Shown one piece after another: positions 54,271-63,635 of a DNA stretch of 64,000 bases. Below the pieces are notes generated by a model. It was given only the letters and a program-made list of their open reading frames with translations. It ran no database searches and had not been told where the DNA came from. The translations under genes and the position numbers were made by a program. How positions within the stretch are numbered: the stretch's first letter is position 1; each line of letters begins with the position of its first letter. Origin of the DNA: a virus (taxonomy: Duplodnaviria; Caudoviricetes); the IMG/VR virus record IMGVR_UViG_3300011989_000257, positions 192,001 to 256,000 of that record. One strand, 5' to 3'.

Positions 54271-54334
54271 AGATTAATATAGTGCAATTAACATTAGATT
54301 TAAGGTATAGTATATAAACTAATATTAGTACAAT
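54271..54334 (-). repeat. Two further, more degenerate copies of the IscB-associated repeat upstream of the promoter
   Basis: ATTGTACTAATATTAGTTT (54316-54334) and ATTGCACTATATTAATCT (54271-54288). Confidence 0.65.
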
Positions 54335-54353
54335 ACCATTATTAACGCTACAT

Positions 54354-55118
54354 TCATGTATTAACGCTACACTCATAGATTGTGACCAATTGATTAGGGT
54401 CTAAGTTTTTTATGAATCTGTCATAAAACGTTGCAATCCAATGTTGTTCCCCTTCCTTATCACTATCTATATCTGTCCAACCGTTCTCATCAACAAAGGC
54501 ATAGTTCCAATAAGATGTACTATATGCAACATAATTCTTTTTATTCTTGAATTTAGAGAAATATACTGTTTTATCTTTCATTGATTCGTATATTTTCTCT
54601 TCTTCATCATTGGTTGGTTCTCTGCCATCCATTACCATTTCCCAAGCAGCCTCGTATAGTCTCGGTGGCTCATTCATGGAATCCCAATCAATGTCACTTG
54701 CCTTTGCTGAATATGACTCACTACCATCTTTTAACTTTAATGGTAAAGAAAAATTTCTTCCCACCCTAGCAGTTTTCCAATGACCTTCAGTGTTTTCAGT
54801 TGATAATGCATTACCATTCTCATCATAATACATGCCATCTGTTAATTCTCTATAGTAGTCAAAAGGTGTTAACTTCTTAAGAATATTTATCCTCTCTGAT
54901 AAACTATTCTTAATAGAGCCATCTATACCGATAGTATCGGCATTAGATAGTATGTTATTCAATGCCTTTATTGCATTATCCAAGTATTTATCAGCTTTAA
55001 GGTATTCATATTTGACATAAGGTTCAATTTCTAAATCCATTGAATACTTTGCCATTATTTCTTTATGGTTTTCTCCAATTACCATGACGGAGAAAAACTT
55101 ACTCGCAGTATTAGCCAT
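54354..55118 (-). CDS. Hypothetical protein
   Basis: 254-aa ORF. Confidence 0.75.
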   Translation of the reverse strand: MANTASKFFSVMVIGENHKEIMAKYSMDLEIEPYVKYEYLKADKYLDNAIKALNNILSNADTIGIDGSIKNSLSERINILKKLTPFDYYRELTDGMYYDENGNALSTENTEGHWKTARVGRNFSLPLKLKDGSESYSAKASDIDWDSMNEPPRLYEAAWEMVMDGREPTNDEEEKIYESMKDKTVYFSKFKNKKNYVAYSTSYWNYAFVDENGWTDIDSDKEGEQHWIATFYDRFIKNLDPNQLVTIYECSVNT

Positions 55119-56379
55119 TATTTGTAACGTTAATTGTATAAGTTAGGTCTTCGATGTTAGCATTAAAGCCTTGCCGTATTTGTTCCATTTGCGCTTCGTT
55201 TAATTGAAAATATCCATGATTAGGAACTTCTGCAATTCCAATATGCGGCTCATCTGCAATTCCTCCATCATCTGCCATTGGTCTATCCATATCAATGTAG
55301 TCACGTTGTTTCCTTGGTGCAGTTTCTTCGCATATTATATTGTCAAATGTGTGACCGTTATTTTCCAATGTCTTGGAGGTATCAATTCCAAAGAATGCCT
55401 CCAATTGAGAGTTTACTTGCATCATTCCATAAGATTGTAATGAGGAGAATACCATGTCATTTATTTTATCAGTGTGCGACATTTTAAACCTTCCATAAAA
55501 CCAAATGTAAGGTTTTGATTCCTCATCTATTAGTCTTTCATATATCTTATCCATTACTTTTCTCTCATTTGAAAAGTTGGATGCAGTTTTTTCATTGTTG
55601 GAAAACCATTTACTTTTTTTAAAAGCATTTGTTCCAGGATATGCAAAACTTGGACATGTGCTAGTTATTACGCAATTAATTTTATATTTACTGAGTATAT
55701 CATTCAGTTCATCTTCTTTATATTGTGGTGCTTCATTCTCCCAATACAACTTTTTGCCATATAACTCTTCTTGAGCAAGTTTCCACTCTTTATCCATTGA
55801 TACACTTCCACCAATACATAGACAATTAAATGTTTTAAGAGAAACTACTGAATAATCTGGTATAGTTTTGATGTGTTCATAGTCAATTTTCTTGTCATTG
55901 AATATTGAAGGATTATCATTATTGCCTCTTAAAAAGAGTATGAAACAATTATTGTCCGAAAGACTTTTTTCTAACTTGGTGAATGTTTCTTCGTAGTATT
56001 TTTTACTTTTAGTACCAATACCACAATTACCACTAACTATTACCACACTGTTATCAAAACTTGAATCTAATTTTTTAGATTTACCGTGCGGAGAAGATTT
56101 AGAGAAAAACGTTTCAAATATTTCATCATTAGGGTTTCTTCTCCTTGCTTGACGTGGACCGTGAATAGGATGTGGCATACCAAATCCACCCAAACCACCT
56201 TCAATAGGTTTTTCGCTACGTTTTTTCAATCTTTCTTGTCTTTCTATCTCTTTTGGGTGCTCTTCTTTTGTGAATTTAGAAATGTTAGATGTTATGCTAT
56301 TAATGAATCTATCCATATTTCTATCTATGTTACCAAACACATAACATTTTTCGATTTTTTTAAAATTATAAACATTCAT
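55111..56379 (-). CDS. Metallophosphoesterase-fold protein with degenerate metal ligands
   Basis: GNIDR, SGNCG, RGNND, TSTCP and YGRF replace GDxHG, GD, GNH(D/E), xH and GHxH; IGGSVS.DK block retained. Confidence 0.7.
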   Translation of the reverse strand: MNVYNFKKIEKCYVFGNIDRNMDRFINSITSNISKFTKEEHPKEIERQERLKKRSEKPIEGGLGGFGMPHPIHGPRQARRRNPNDEIFETFFSKSSPHGKSKKLDSSFDNSVVIVSGNCGIGTKSKKYYEETFTKLEKSLSDNNCFILFLRGNNDNPSIFNDKKIDYEHIKTIPDYSVVSLKTFNCLCIGGSVSMDKEWKLAQEELYGKKLYWENEAPQYKEDELNDILSKYKINCVITSTCPSFAYPGTNAFKKSKWFSNNEKTASNFSNERKVMDKIYERLIDEESKPYIWFYGRFKMSHTDKINDMVFSSLQSYGMMQVNSQLEAFFGIDTSKTLENNGHTFDNIICEETAPRKQRDYIDMDRPMADDGGIADEPHIGIAEVPNHGYFQLNEAQMEQIRQGFNANIEDLTYTINVTNNG

Positions 56380-56422
56380 GATTTTGTTAGGTTTTAAAAA
56401 TTCAACATATGGTTTACATAAG

Positions 56423-56454
56423 CAAAGATATGTATATTTTTGTTAATTTCCAAA
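56423..56454 (-). promoter_or_regulatory. Bacteroidetes promoter
   Basis: TTTG-N20-TATCTTTG. Confidence 0.8.
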
Positions 56455-56467
56455 TTTTTTAGTTAAA

Positions 56468-56503
56468 AAAAAGTGATATGCAAACAAATACATATCACTT
56501 TTT
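56468..56503 (-). terminator. Intrinsic terminator
   Basis: aaaaagtgatatg/catatcacttttt stem. Confidence 0.7.
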
Positions 56504-56520
56504 TCCTTTAGAGAGGGTAA

Positions 56521-58581
56521 TTATTCAGCCATAGCATACTCAAGTTCTGACTTACTGTTAGCAGTTACATTTTTGTCATCAGTTTCTTCAAACTTGTAAC
56601 TACCGAATATGCTTTCATCAGGTTTAATATAATCACTGAGATTGATTCCACAAGATTTAGCGAGTTTTTTATCTTCCTCCCTTACCTTTACGTCTGGTCT
56701 CTTACCAATAATCTTCAATGCTTCAAGGTTCTTGCTACGAATACAATCACCAAGTGCAGCGCATTCAAAATCGTTTACAACGTTGATGTCAACGTTCTTT
56801 TTTGATGCAAGAGCCTCAACAACCCAAAGCATTTTTGGGAATTCGCAAGCAATGTTGATTGCTGTGTCGGAATTAAGGTCTTTTACATTGAAATCATATG
56901 TATCAGACTTCAAGATGGCATTAATCATCTTTTTTAATGAGTTTTCCTCTTCCTTAGAAGCTGAAATTTCATCAGAGCTATACAAGTAGATAAGTGACTC
57001 AAGAAGTGTCTCACCAAAGCCATCTTCTATAGATGAATCAAATTTGGGATGTCCAACGATTTTCTCGAACAAAGTATACATCTTCTGATTTACAGCAGAA
57101 ATGATAGGCACTCTATTGTTAAACTCATAGTTGACATTAAAGTCTTTGCCCTCTTTTTCAATCAGTTTGATTGCACCAATTTCATCGTTTTCATCGATGT
57201 ATTTGTGAAGTAATATTTGTGGGTCAATTGCTTCACGGTTCATGTAGTCATCCCTAGTAATACCTATTTTCGACAAATAGCCAACACTAGTTACGTCAGT
57301 GTTAAATGGGTCGTACATCTTCTTTAATGACAGACTTCCATATGTATCTTTTTGGTAATGCATTGCAATAAGTGCTCTGTCATCGTTATATTTCAAATTG
57401 GTATCAATAAGAACATAAACTTTGTTATTAGAGTCAGCAATGAAGTTACCCAAATTAATAAGGGTGTGACCAATAAGAGATTTTATTGCTTGGTTGTTAA
57501 GGATGTTGACAATTAAGCGCCCATCCTTTTCATACGCAATAGCAAAATCGCTTGTTCTTTTCTTAATGAAATCCAAAATAGATTCCATTTCCCACTTATA
57601 ATTCTTCAAAACACCTAAACGTAAAAACAGAGACATGCTGCACCCTGCTTTTTGAAGCGCTTGGTTAATATTCATGGTCTCGTTTCCTTGGGTATAACTG
57701 CCAACCATTCCACAGTTATTACAAGTCTGGGCGCAATAGAACCCCCTACCATTCTCCATAGTGAAACCAATATGTGCAAATGCATCACTTTCTTTACGAT
57801 TGAAATCAAACAAGAAATATTGGTCACGATTTGGATAATCAGTCACATACTGACGGAAATAACTTTCTTCACGTGTGATACACCACTTAGTTCTTCCATT
57901 ACCACACAGAAGTTTACTTGATTTAAATGAAGGAACGTGAACAATCACAAAGTTACCATTATTAAGTACCACCTCACAGTCAGTAGTCACGTTAGCTACA
58001 TAAGCCAATAGGTCTTCTTTATTCCAATCATATGTGGTTTCAAGACAAGTGATAATTGCGTTTTGCAAATCAGCAATGTTCTTTAAACGAGAACAGTTGC
58101 TATAGAACTTATTCTTACGGTCAAATGGAAGACGATTGAACTTTTTGAAAATGTCAGCCCATTTCTTAACTGTCGCATTACTATAGCCTTCGATGGCAGT
58201 AAACTCTTTAGTGAGAATGCTACTAGTAAGCAGTTTTCGCTGGTCAGTGTTAAAATGGTTAATAGTGTTTTTGATAATTGCGAGATTATCAAGACCTTCC
58301 ATTTCTTTGAATAACTGAGTAATTGCTGATTGTGAGGAATAAGATACAATGTTCTGTTTCTCAAGTGATTTCACCAATGTTTGGTTGTTGGTAGCCCATT
58401 CATGAATTCTTTCTAACTGTTCAATCTTAATTGATTTTGAAAAAATCATTTTGACTGCCCAAATCTGATAGTTTGGCTGTCCGTCAAACATTTCAATTAC
58501 TCTAGCGAACAGTTTGTTAGTCTCAGGATTGATAGCATACTTATCAATCAAAGGCTGCATTTGTTTCTTGTTGTAAGTCAT
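56521..58581 (-). CDS. Large protein with T.WCI domain and C-terminal ankyrin-like repeats
   Basis: TKWCIT..YFRQY; FNVKDLNSDTAINIAC and DINVVNDFECAAL ankyrin-like units. Confidence 0.7.
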   Translation of the reverse strand: MTYNKKQMQPLIDKYAINPETNKLFARVIEMFDGQPNYQIWAVKMIFSKSIKIEQLERIHEWATNNQTLVKSLEKQNIVSYSSQSAITQLFKEMEGLDNLAIIKNTINHFNTDQRKLLTSSILTKEFTAIEGYSNATVKKWADIFKKFNRLPFDRKNKFYSNCSRLKNIADLQNAIITCLETTYDWNKEDLLAYVANVTTDCEVVLNNGNFVIVHVPSFKSSKLLCGNGRTKWCITREESYFRQYVTDYPNRDQYFLFDFNRKESDAFAHIGFTMENGRGFYCAQTCNNCGMVGSYTQGNETMNINQALQKAGCSMSLFLRLGVLKNYKWEMESILDFIKKRTSDFAIAYEKDGRLIVNILNNQAIKSLIGHTLINLGNFIADSNNKVYVLIDTNLKYNDDRALIAMHYQKDTYGSLSLKKMYDPFNTDVTSVGYLSKIGITRDDYMNREAIDPQILLHKYIDENDEIGAIKLIEKEGKDFNVNYEFNNRVPIISAVNQKMYTLFEKIVGHPKFDSSIEDGFGETLLESLIYLYSSDEISASKEEENSLKKMINAILKSDTYDFNVKDLNSDTAINIACEFPKMLWVVEALASKKNVDINVVNDFECAALGDCIRSKNLEALKIIGKRPDVKVREEDKKLAKSCGINLSDYIKPDESIFGSYKFEETDDKNVTANSKSELEYAMAE

Positions 58582-58630
58582 GTTTTATTTCTATTAATAA
58601 TATGTTTGTTTCAAAATATGTTTATCGATG

Positions 58631-58662
58631 CAAAGTTATATTTATTTTCTTTGAAAACCAAA
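58631..58662 (-). promoter_or_regulatory. Bacteroidetes promoter
   Basis: TTTG-N20-TAACTTTG. Confidence 0.75.
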
Positions 58663-58879
58663 TTTTTAATGTTAATTAGTCTTAAAATAATGAAAAATAT
58701 AATGTCCATAAAACTGTGATACATATCATCAAAAAAATGTCAGCATATGCACCAGCTTGTGTTTCTTCTTCATGATAAGCAATAAACCTTACCGCTTTAC
58801 TAAATTTATAATTAACTGAAAAAACAGTAAAGCCTATTGCTAAAAAAAGTAAAACTGCTTTTATCATTGCATAAAACAT

Positions 58880-61363
58880 TTAAAACAGTGAGTCAGCTAT
58901 AACATATTCAAAGTCCGAAGCAAGGGAGGCTCTTGTTGGTTTTTTCTTACCAGTTAAAGCCAAATATTTTTCATAATTTTTGCAGTTATCGTCATAAGCT
59001 TCTTTGACTTTGTGATATTCATTGGCTTTTAGTTTGATGAAATTCCGCATATCATCACTACCAAAGTACACTACATATTTGATAAGAGAATAGATACCAT
59101 CATCAAATAACGCATAATCTAATTTATCCATCATAATGGTTAACAATTGATTATATAATTGAGCTTCCTTCCCATCATTTGCAATATAGGTTATTATTCT
59201 TTTAAACATTAAATTGTAATCAGCCTTTGATAGATTTGTTTCATTATCAATTATAGTTTTAATCGCAATAAATAAGCCAATAAATTTGGTATCATCTCTC
59301 CCATAACTGTTTTCATAGAAACCTTTAATATGTTCTTCAGTGACGCATTCAAGTTTGCCAAACATAGTTGTGTACCTACCAAGGTTTCTCATGTCATAAG
59401 CCAATTGTTTTAAAATATCGCTTGTGTATTTTATCGATAAAATAGAAGTCAGATTGAAACCATTATCATAAATAAGATTAAGATAGTCGAAAGATACATA
59501 TTGCCTTATTGTTGTCATAAGTATGTCATAAAACGACTCAGCACCAATATCTCTTGTTATTATTCTCTTGATGTCATCTTTACTGCACTCTTTGATGCTA
59601 TCCTTAATCATTGGCGTATTATAAGAGAATAGACCATTTCTTAATCTTACATAAGGGTTATTAGTTCTCCTTATTGTATTATAGGGTAAACCAAATTCAA
59701 TTAGTTTAGAATCGAAGTTCTGCCTAGAATTAAGTGCTCTTTCATTATACAAGCCAACGCAATAATCTTCATCACCGCTACTTTCTTCTATGATTGCAAA
59801 TTGAAGTTTATTAATGTCATATACATTTTTGCTGAAGTCAATAAAAATAATGTGTTGATAGTTCCAATAATCAGGAGATATATTATCATGGTAAGTATCA
59901 CCAAAGAAGTAACGAATATTCTCATCCATAACTGAGAGAACTATCTTGTTGTCTCCTTTTTTAATAATGTCAACGTTTTCTGGATTCACACATTCATACA
60001 GATAGGTCATTAGACTCTTCTCATCCCATTTGTATGGAGGCATGTCATATTGTACAACAAGAGTAATATCAATACCATCTTCTGCCAACAAAGAATAAAT
60101 GTTCTTGTTGTTGGTGAACCTAGAAATAAATGAATTTAGAAGAACTTGTTCAGCTTCCTCATCACCCATTAGGTTTTCGTTTACAAAATTATGAGCAGAA
60201 GTAATACCTTTGTTGTGTGTAGTGGTAAAACCAATAATTGATAACTTATCGTCTTCTAACTTGGAAAAATCAAACACCATATATTGAGTGGTCATACCAT
60301 GATACCCTTCGATGTAGTTATTCCAATAAGTTTTGTTTTTTGATATACACCAATTGGTAGTTTTTCCAAGTTGTTTGATTGTTTCGTAATCAAGCACTTT
60401 AACTAAAACGACCTTATCATTCTCGAATATTTTTTCGTACTTGATTCCTTCCACATTAGTTAAGAAATCCATAAATGATTCTTTACTCCATGAAAAATGA
60501 ACACTAGTTACAAAGCGGAGTTGTTTGGTCAACTCACAATAGTCTGTAATTGATGAAACCTTTTTAATGAAGTTAATCCTTTTGGTCTCAGAAAGTCGTG
60601 AAAACCTCCACAATGCTTGTTTATCTGTATCTGTAAGTTTGTTATTCTTGAATAGTTTTTTCTGGGCTGTGTTAAATGAATTTATGGAGTCATTTATTCG
60701 TTTCTCTTTTCTTAATTCTCCTAATTCACCTACTAGTTTGAAAATAGAATCCCTACTTGTATATGCAGTAATCGTACCTTTTGATAAATTCTTTGAAAGT
60801 TGCTTGTACGAATCATTCCAAATAAGTATATTTCTCAACAGAGACATTGATATGCCATTGTGGTAATAAGATGTAACAGCCCACTGAAAGAAATTTTTAG
60901 AACCTTCGGAATACATGTATAGCATTTTAACCCTAATGTCATTGGTTGAAATTCCGAATTTATCCCTCAAGGTTGAAACTACTTTATTATTTTCATTCAA
61001 GAACTTTTCATAATCATGCTCAAAAGAATTCGGTAATAAAGTAATCTCTTGGAAATATCCACCCCACGCTGGAAGTTCCTCTTTTCTCATTGACATGACA
61101 CGACAAGTACAAGAACTAACATCAGTTGTTTTAAAATGCTTTTTGAAATCATTAGACATGATTACTGTGTCAAAGCTCCAATTGCCTTGACGAAGATAGT
61201 TATTAAAGATGAATAAAGTTTCGCCGAACGAACTATTTTCTGGAAATTTGACTACTTTACAAATGTCCCATGTGTTTTCCTTAAACTTAACTAAAATTGT
61301 TTTCAAAGAGGTATCAGACACCCTGTATAAGTGTCTGATACTTCTAATACTTGTACCTATCAT
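58880..61363 (-). CDS. Large paralogue of 56521..58581 (T.WCI domain)
   Basis: INSFNTAQKKL vs INHFNTDQRKL; TNWCISKNKTYW; YMVFDF..IIGFT. Confidence 0.8.
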   Translation of the reverse strand: MIGTSIRSIRHLYRVSDTSLKTILVKFKENTWDICKVVKFPENSSFGETLFIFNNYLRQGNWSFDTVIMSNDFKKHFKTTDVSSCTCRVMSMRKEELPAWGGYFQEITLLPNSFEHDYEKFLNENNKVVSTLRDKFGISTNDIRVKMLYMYSEGSKNFFQWAVTSYYHNGISMSLLRNILIWNDSYKQLSKNLSKGTITAYTSRDSIFKLVGELGELRKEKRINDSINSFNTAQKKLFKNNKLTDTDKQALWRFSRLSETKRINFIKKVSSITDYCELTKQLRFVTSVHFSWSKESFMDFLTNVEGIKYEKIFENDKVVLVKVLDYETIKQLGKTTNWCISKNKTYWNNYIEGYHGMTTQYMVFDFSKLEDDKLSIIGFTTTHNKGITSAHNFVNENLMGDEEAEQVLLNSFISRFTNNKNIYSLLAEDGIDITLVVQYDMPPYKWDEKSLMTYLYECVNPENVDIIKKGDNKIVLSVMDENIRYFFGDTYHDNISPDYWNYQHIIFIDFSKNVYDINKLQFAIIEESSGDEDYCVGLYNERALNSRQNFDSKLIEFGLPYNTIRRTNNPYVRLRNGLFSYNTPMIKDSIKECSKDDIKRIITRDIGAESFYDILMTTIRQYVSFDYLNLIYDNGFNLTSILSIKYTSDILKQLAYDMRNLGRYTTMFGKLECVTEEHIKGFYENSYGRDDTKFIGLFIAIKTIIDNETNLSKADYNLMFKRIITYIANDGKEAQLYNQLLTIMMDKLDYALFDDGIYSLIKYVVYFGSDDMRNFIKLKANEYHKVKEAYDDNCKNYEKYLALTGKKKPTRASLASDFEYVIADSLF

Positions 61364-61377
61364 AATTCTCTGTTGTG

Positions 61378-62931
61378 TTAGAATTTAATATCATTACTGA
61401 ATTTCTCACTCACTTCTGTCTCGAATAACGAGAAATCAACATTAGACTTCTCACAAATGCTCTTGATAGCCTCAAGAACCTCATCCTTAATTGCTAAGAT
61501 ATGTCCATCATAACGATTGACTATATACTTAACCATATCAAAAGTAAGTTGCTCATCTTTAGTAGCGGTTGTCTTGTTAGTATTGTAGCTACTGCCAGTA
61601 TTGTAATAACCGCCTCTACGCTTAGAGTCACCAAGGCTTTCTAGCATTTTGGTGTCATCAACATCAACACGAACCAAATAACCGTTTTCCCTCTTGTAAG
61701 TGCCTTTAGATGCGCTCCAAGTGGTAGAGCTATGCTTCAAATAGTGACGTGTGCAACCAATATGGTCAATCAATGCAAGACCCATTCCGCAAGCATGGTC
61801 CATATGCTCCATGATAATGTATTCACTTTCTGAATGGGCAAGATAACCACCATTACCAAAGTTCATGCACATAACCCCAGTCTGCTTGCGAATCTCCATG
61901 ACATCGGTGATTGGTTCTGAATAGAAACAATCCTTAAGACCCCATTCATCGCATACTGGCTTCATCCACTTCTCATAGAACTCATAAGAGAAGAGTTTAA
62001 CACCATTACATGACCATGCTGCTCTAATAAGCTCTGGAGAGTCATAACCAATGCAATAACCTACATCATTGAACCAATCCTTATCCAACTCTTTAGAACC
62101 AAGGCATCCAATTTCTTCGCAAAGGAAGAAACAAGCCTTAAGTTTTTCAAGATGCTCAAACATTGAGAGGCAAATGGCAACGCCACCCTTATCATCAGCG
62201 CCAATACCAATTTTATCTTGCCCCTTATCATCAACATATACTTTATGCTCGTTATCCTTAGTTAATTCACATTTGAAGTCAAGATTTACACCAGCACGGA
62301 TATAAGGTTCTTGCCTATGCTGAACTGTGTCAAGGTGAGAAGTAACGCAAGGATAATATTCGCCCTCAGCAAGTTCACCCTTTGTAAGATATACATTTCC
62401 GTAATCGTCAAAATCATATTTAATGCCGTTACGTCTTGCAAACTGGATAATATAAACTACCAAGCGAAATTCGTTTCTACTATCAGTAGGAATGGACATG
62501 GTTTCCAAAATAAAATCCTTATTGATATATGCCAAATCCATGTCATCATCGATTGGGTTATGTTTCTCTTCAGCTACTACCACATTGTCTTCTTCACTAG
62601 AAGAGGCTTCTGACTCTTTCTGTGCTTTTTCATGTGATACTATTTCAGTAATTACCATATCGCCATTTTTCTTCTCAAGACGAACCTTTACGGTATCACC
62701 AACCATTGGTTTCTCCTTAAACTTATCATAAGGTAAAGTTCCTCTATTCTTGTCATCATTGTCAAATTTGACAGTGACCTCTTTGTCAAGGATTAATGAA
62801 ACAATCACACCGCTTATGATGCTATTCTCTTCATTTGGTGTAACTGTCTTGGTCTCTTTCAGTTCACCTTCTTTTGGAGTGGCATTAACAACACCCTCTT
62901 TTTTCTCGTTTAAATCTTTAGAGTCATTCAT
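61378..62931 (-). CDS. Zn metallopeptidase (M28/M20/M42 clan) with N-terminal S1/OB-like region
   Basis: SHLDTV, GADDKGG, EEIG, YD and AH motifs. Confidence 0.8.
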   Translation of the reverse strand: MNDSKDLNEKKEGVVNATPKEGELKETKTVTPNEENSIISGVIVSLILDKEVTVKFDNDDKNRGTLPYDKFKEKPMVGDTVKVRLEKKNGDMVITEIVSHEKAQKESEASSSEEDNVVVAEEKHNPIDDDMDLAYINKDFILETMSIPTDSRNEFRLVVYIIQFARRNGIKYDFDDYGNVYLTKGELAEGEYYPCVTSHLDTVQHRQEPYIRAGVNLDFKCELTKDNEHKVYVDDKGQDKIGIGADDKGGVAICLSMFEHLEKLKACFFLCEEIGCLGSKELDKDWFNDVGYCIGYDSPELIRAAWSCNGVKLFSYEFYEKWMKPVCDEWGLKDCFYSEPITDVMEIRKQTGVMCMNFGNGGYLAHSESEYIIMEHMDHACGMGLALIDHIGCTRHYLKHSSTTWSASKGTYKRENGYLVRVDVDDTKMLESLGDSKRRGGYYNTGSSYNTNKTTATKDEQLTFDMVKYIVNRYDGHILAIKDEVLEAIKSICEKSNVDFSLFETEVSEKFSNDIKF

Positions 62932-62960
62932 TTCTAAAATACGTTTGATTATTTTTTTTG

Positions 62961-62992
62961 CAAAGATATAGTATTTTTTTAATTAAACCAAA
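62961..62992 (-). promoter_or_regulatory. Bacteroidetes promoter
   Basis: TTTG-N20-TATCTTTG. Confidence 0.8.
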
Positions 62993-63033
62993 ATATTGCG
63001 TAAAGTTTAACATTAATTAAGCATATAAATCAA

Positions 63034-63635
63034 TTATTCCACTATTGCACATTGTACTAATGGTGAACGTGGTAATACGGGCGCAATTTGTATTCTGTAT
63101 TCTTTCCTCTTACCTATCGTAATGGATTTTTCTTTATTGCTCCCTTCTTTTACAATATTAACGCCTATTTTATATCCTAAACTTTTAATTAGACTAATTC
63201 TGAAATCTATATCACGAACATGGTCAATGAAGTAACATATATCTCTATAGTCTCTTTGAAACTTATCTTTTTTGCTCATTTTATAATTGAATTAAGCAAA
63301 ATCTTTTTGTCACTAGGGGATAGTCTGAACCATTTGCTTGAAAAAGATGAAAGACCAAATTTATTTTTTAATTTTGTCTTTTCCTTATTCGTCATCGAAT
63401 CATATGTACGAATCAATTCACCTTTTACAAGAATATTAGTTTGATTTTTAGAGAGATTAGAAAATTCATCATCCCAATTAGCCAACGGCAAACCAAGTTT
63501 ATTAAAAATGTGTTTATATTTATGGCTTGAACGAATTTTTTCAGCACTAGATTTTGAATCCCATTTTTCCCTTGCTCTATTTACAATGACCTCACGTGAC
63601 AATAAAGTATCTGTGATTACATTGTTTTCATTCAT
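63034..63635 (-). CDS. Two hypothetical genes (63034-63279, 63276-63635)
   Basis: Overlapping ORFs. Confidence 0.7.

Noticed and set aside
2214-63444. The many 60-150 aa + strand ORFs in the ORF track
   Set aside because: They lie antisense to well-packed minus-strand genes and have shadow-like composition; only 20775 and 39447 are accepted
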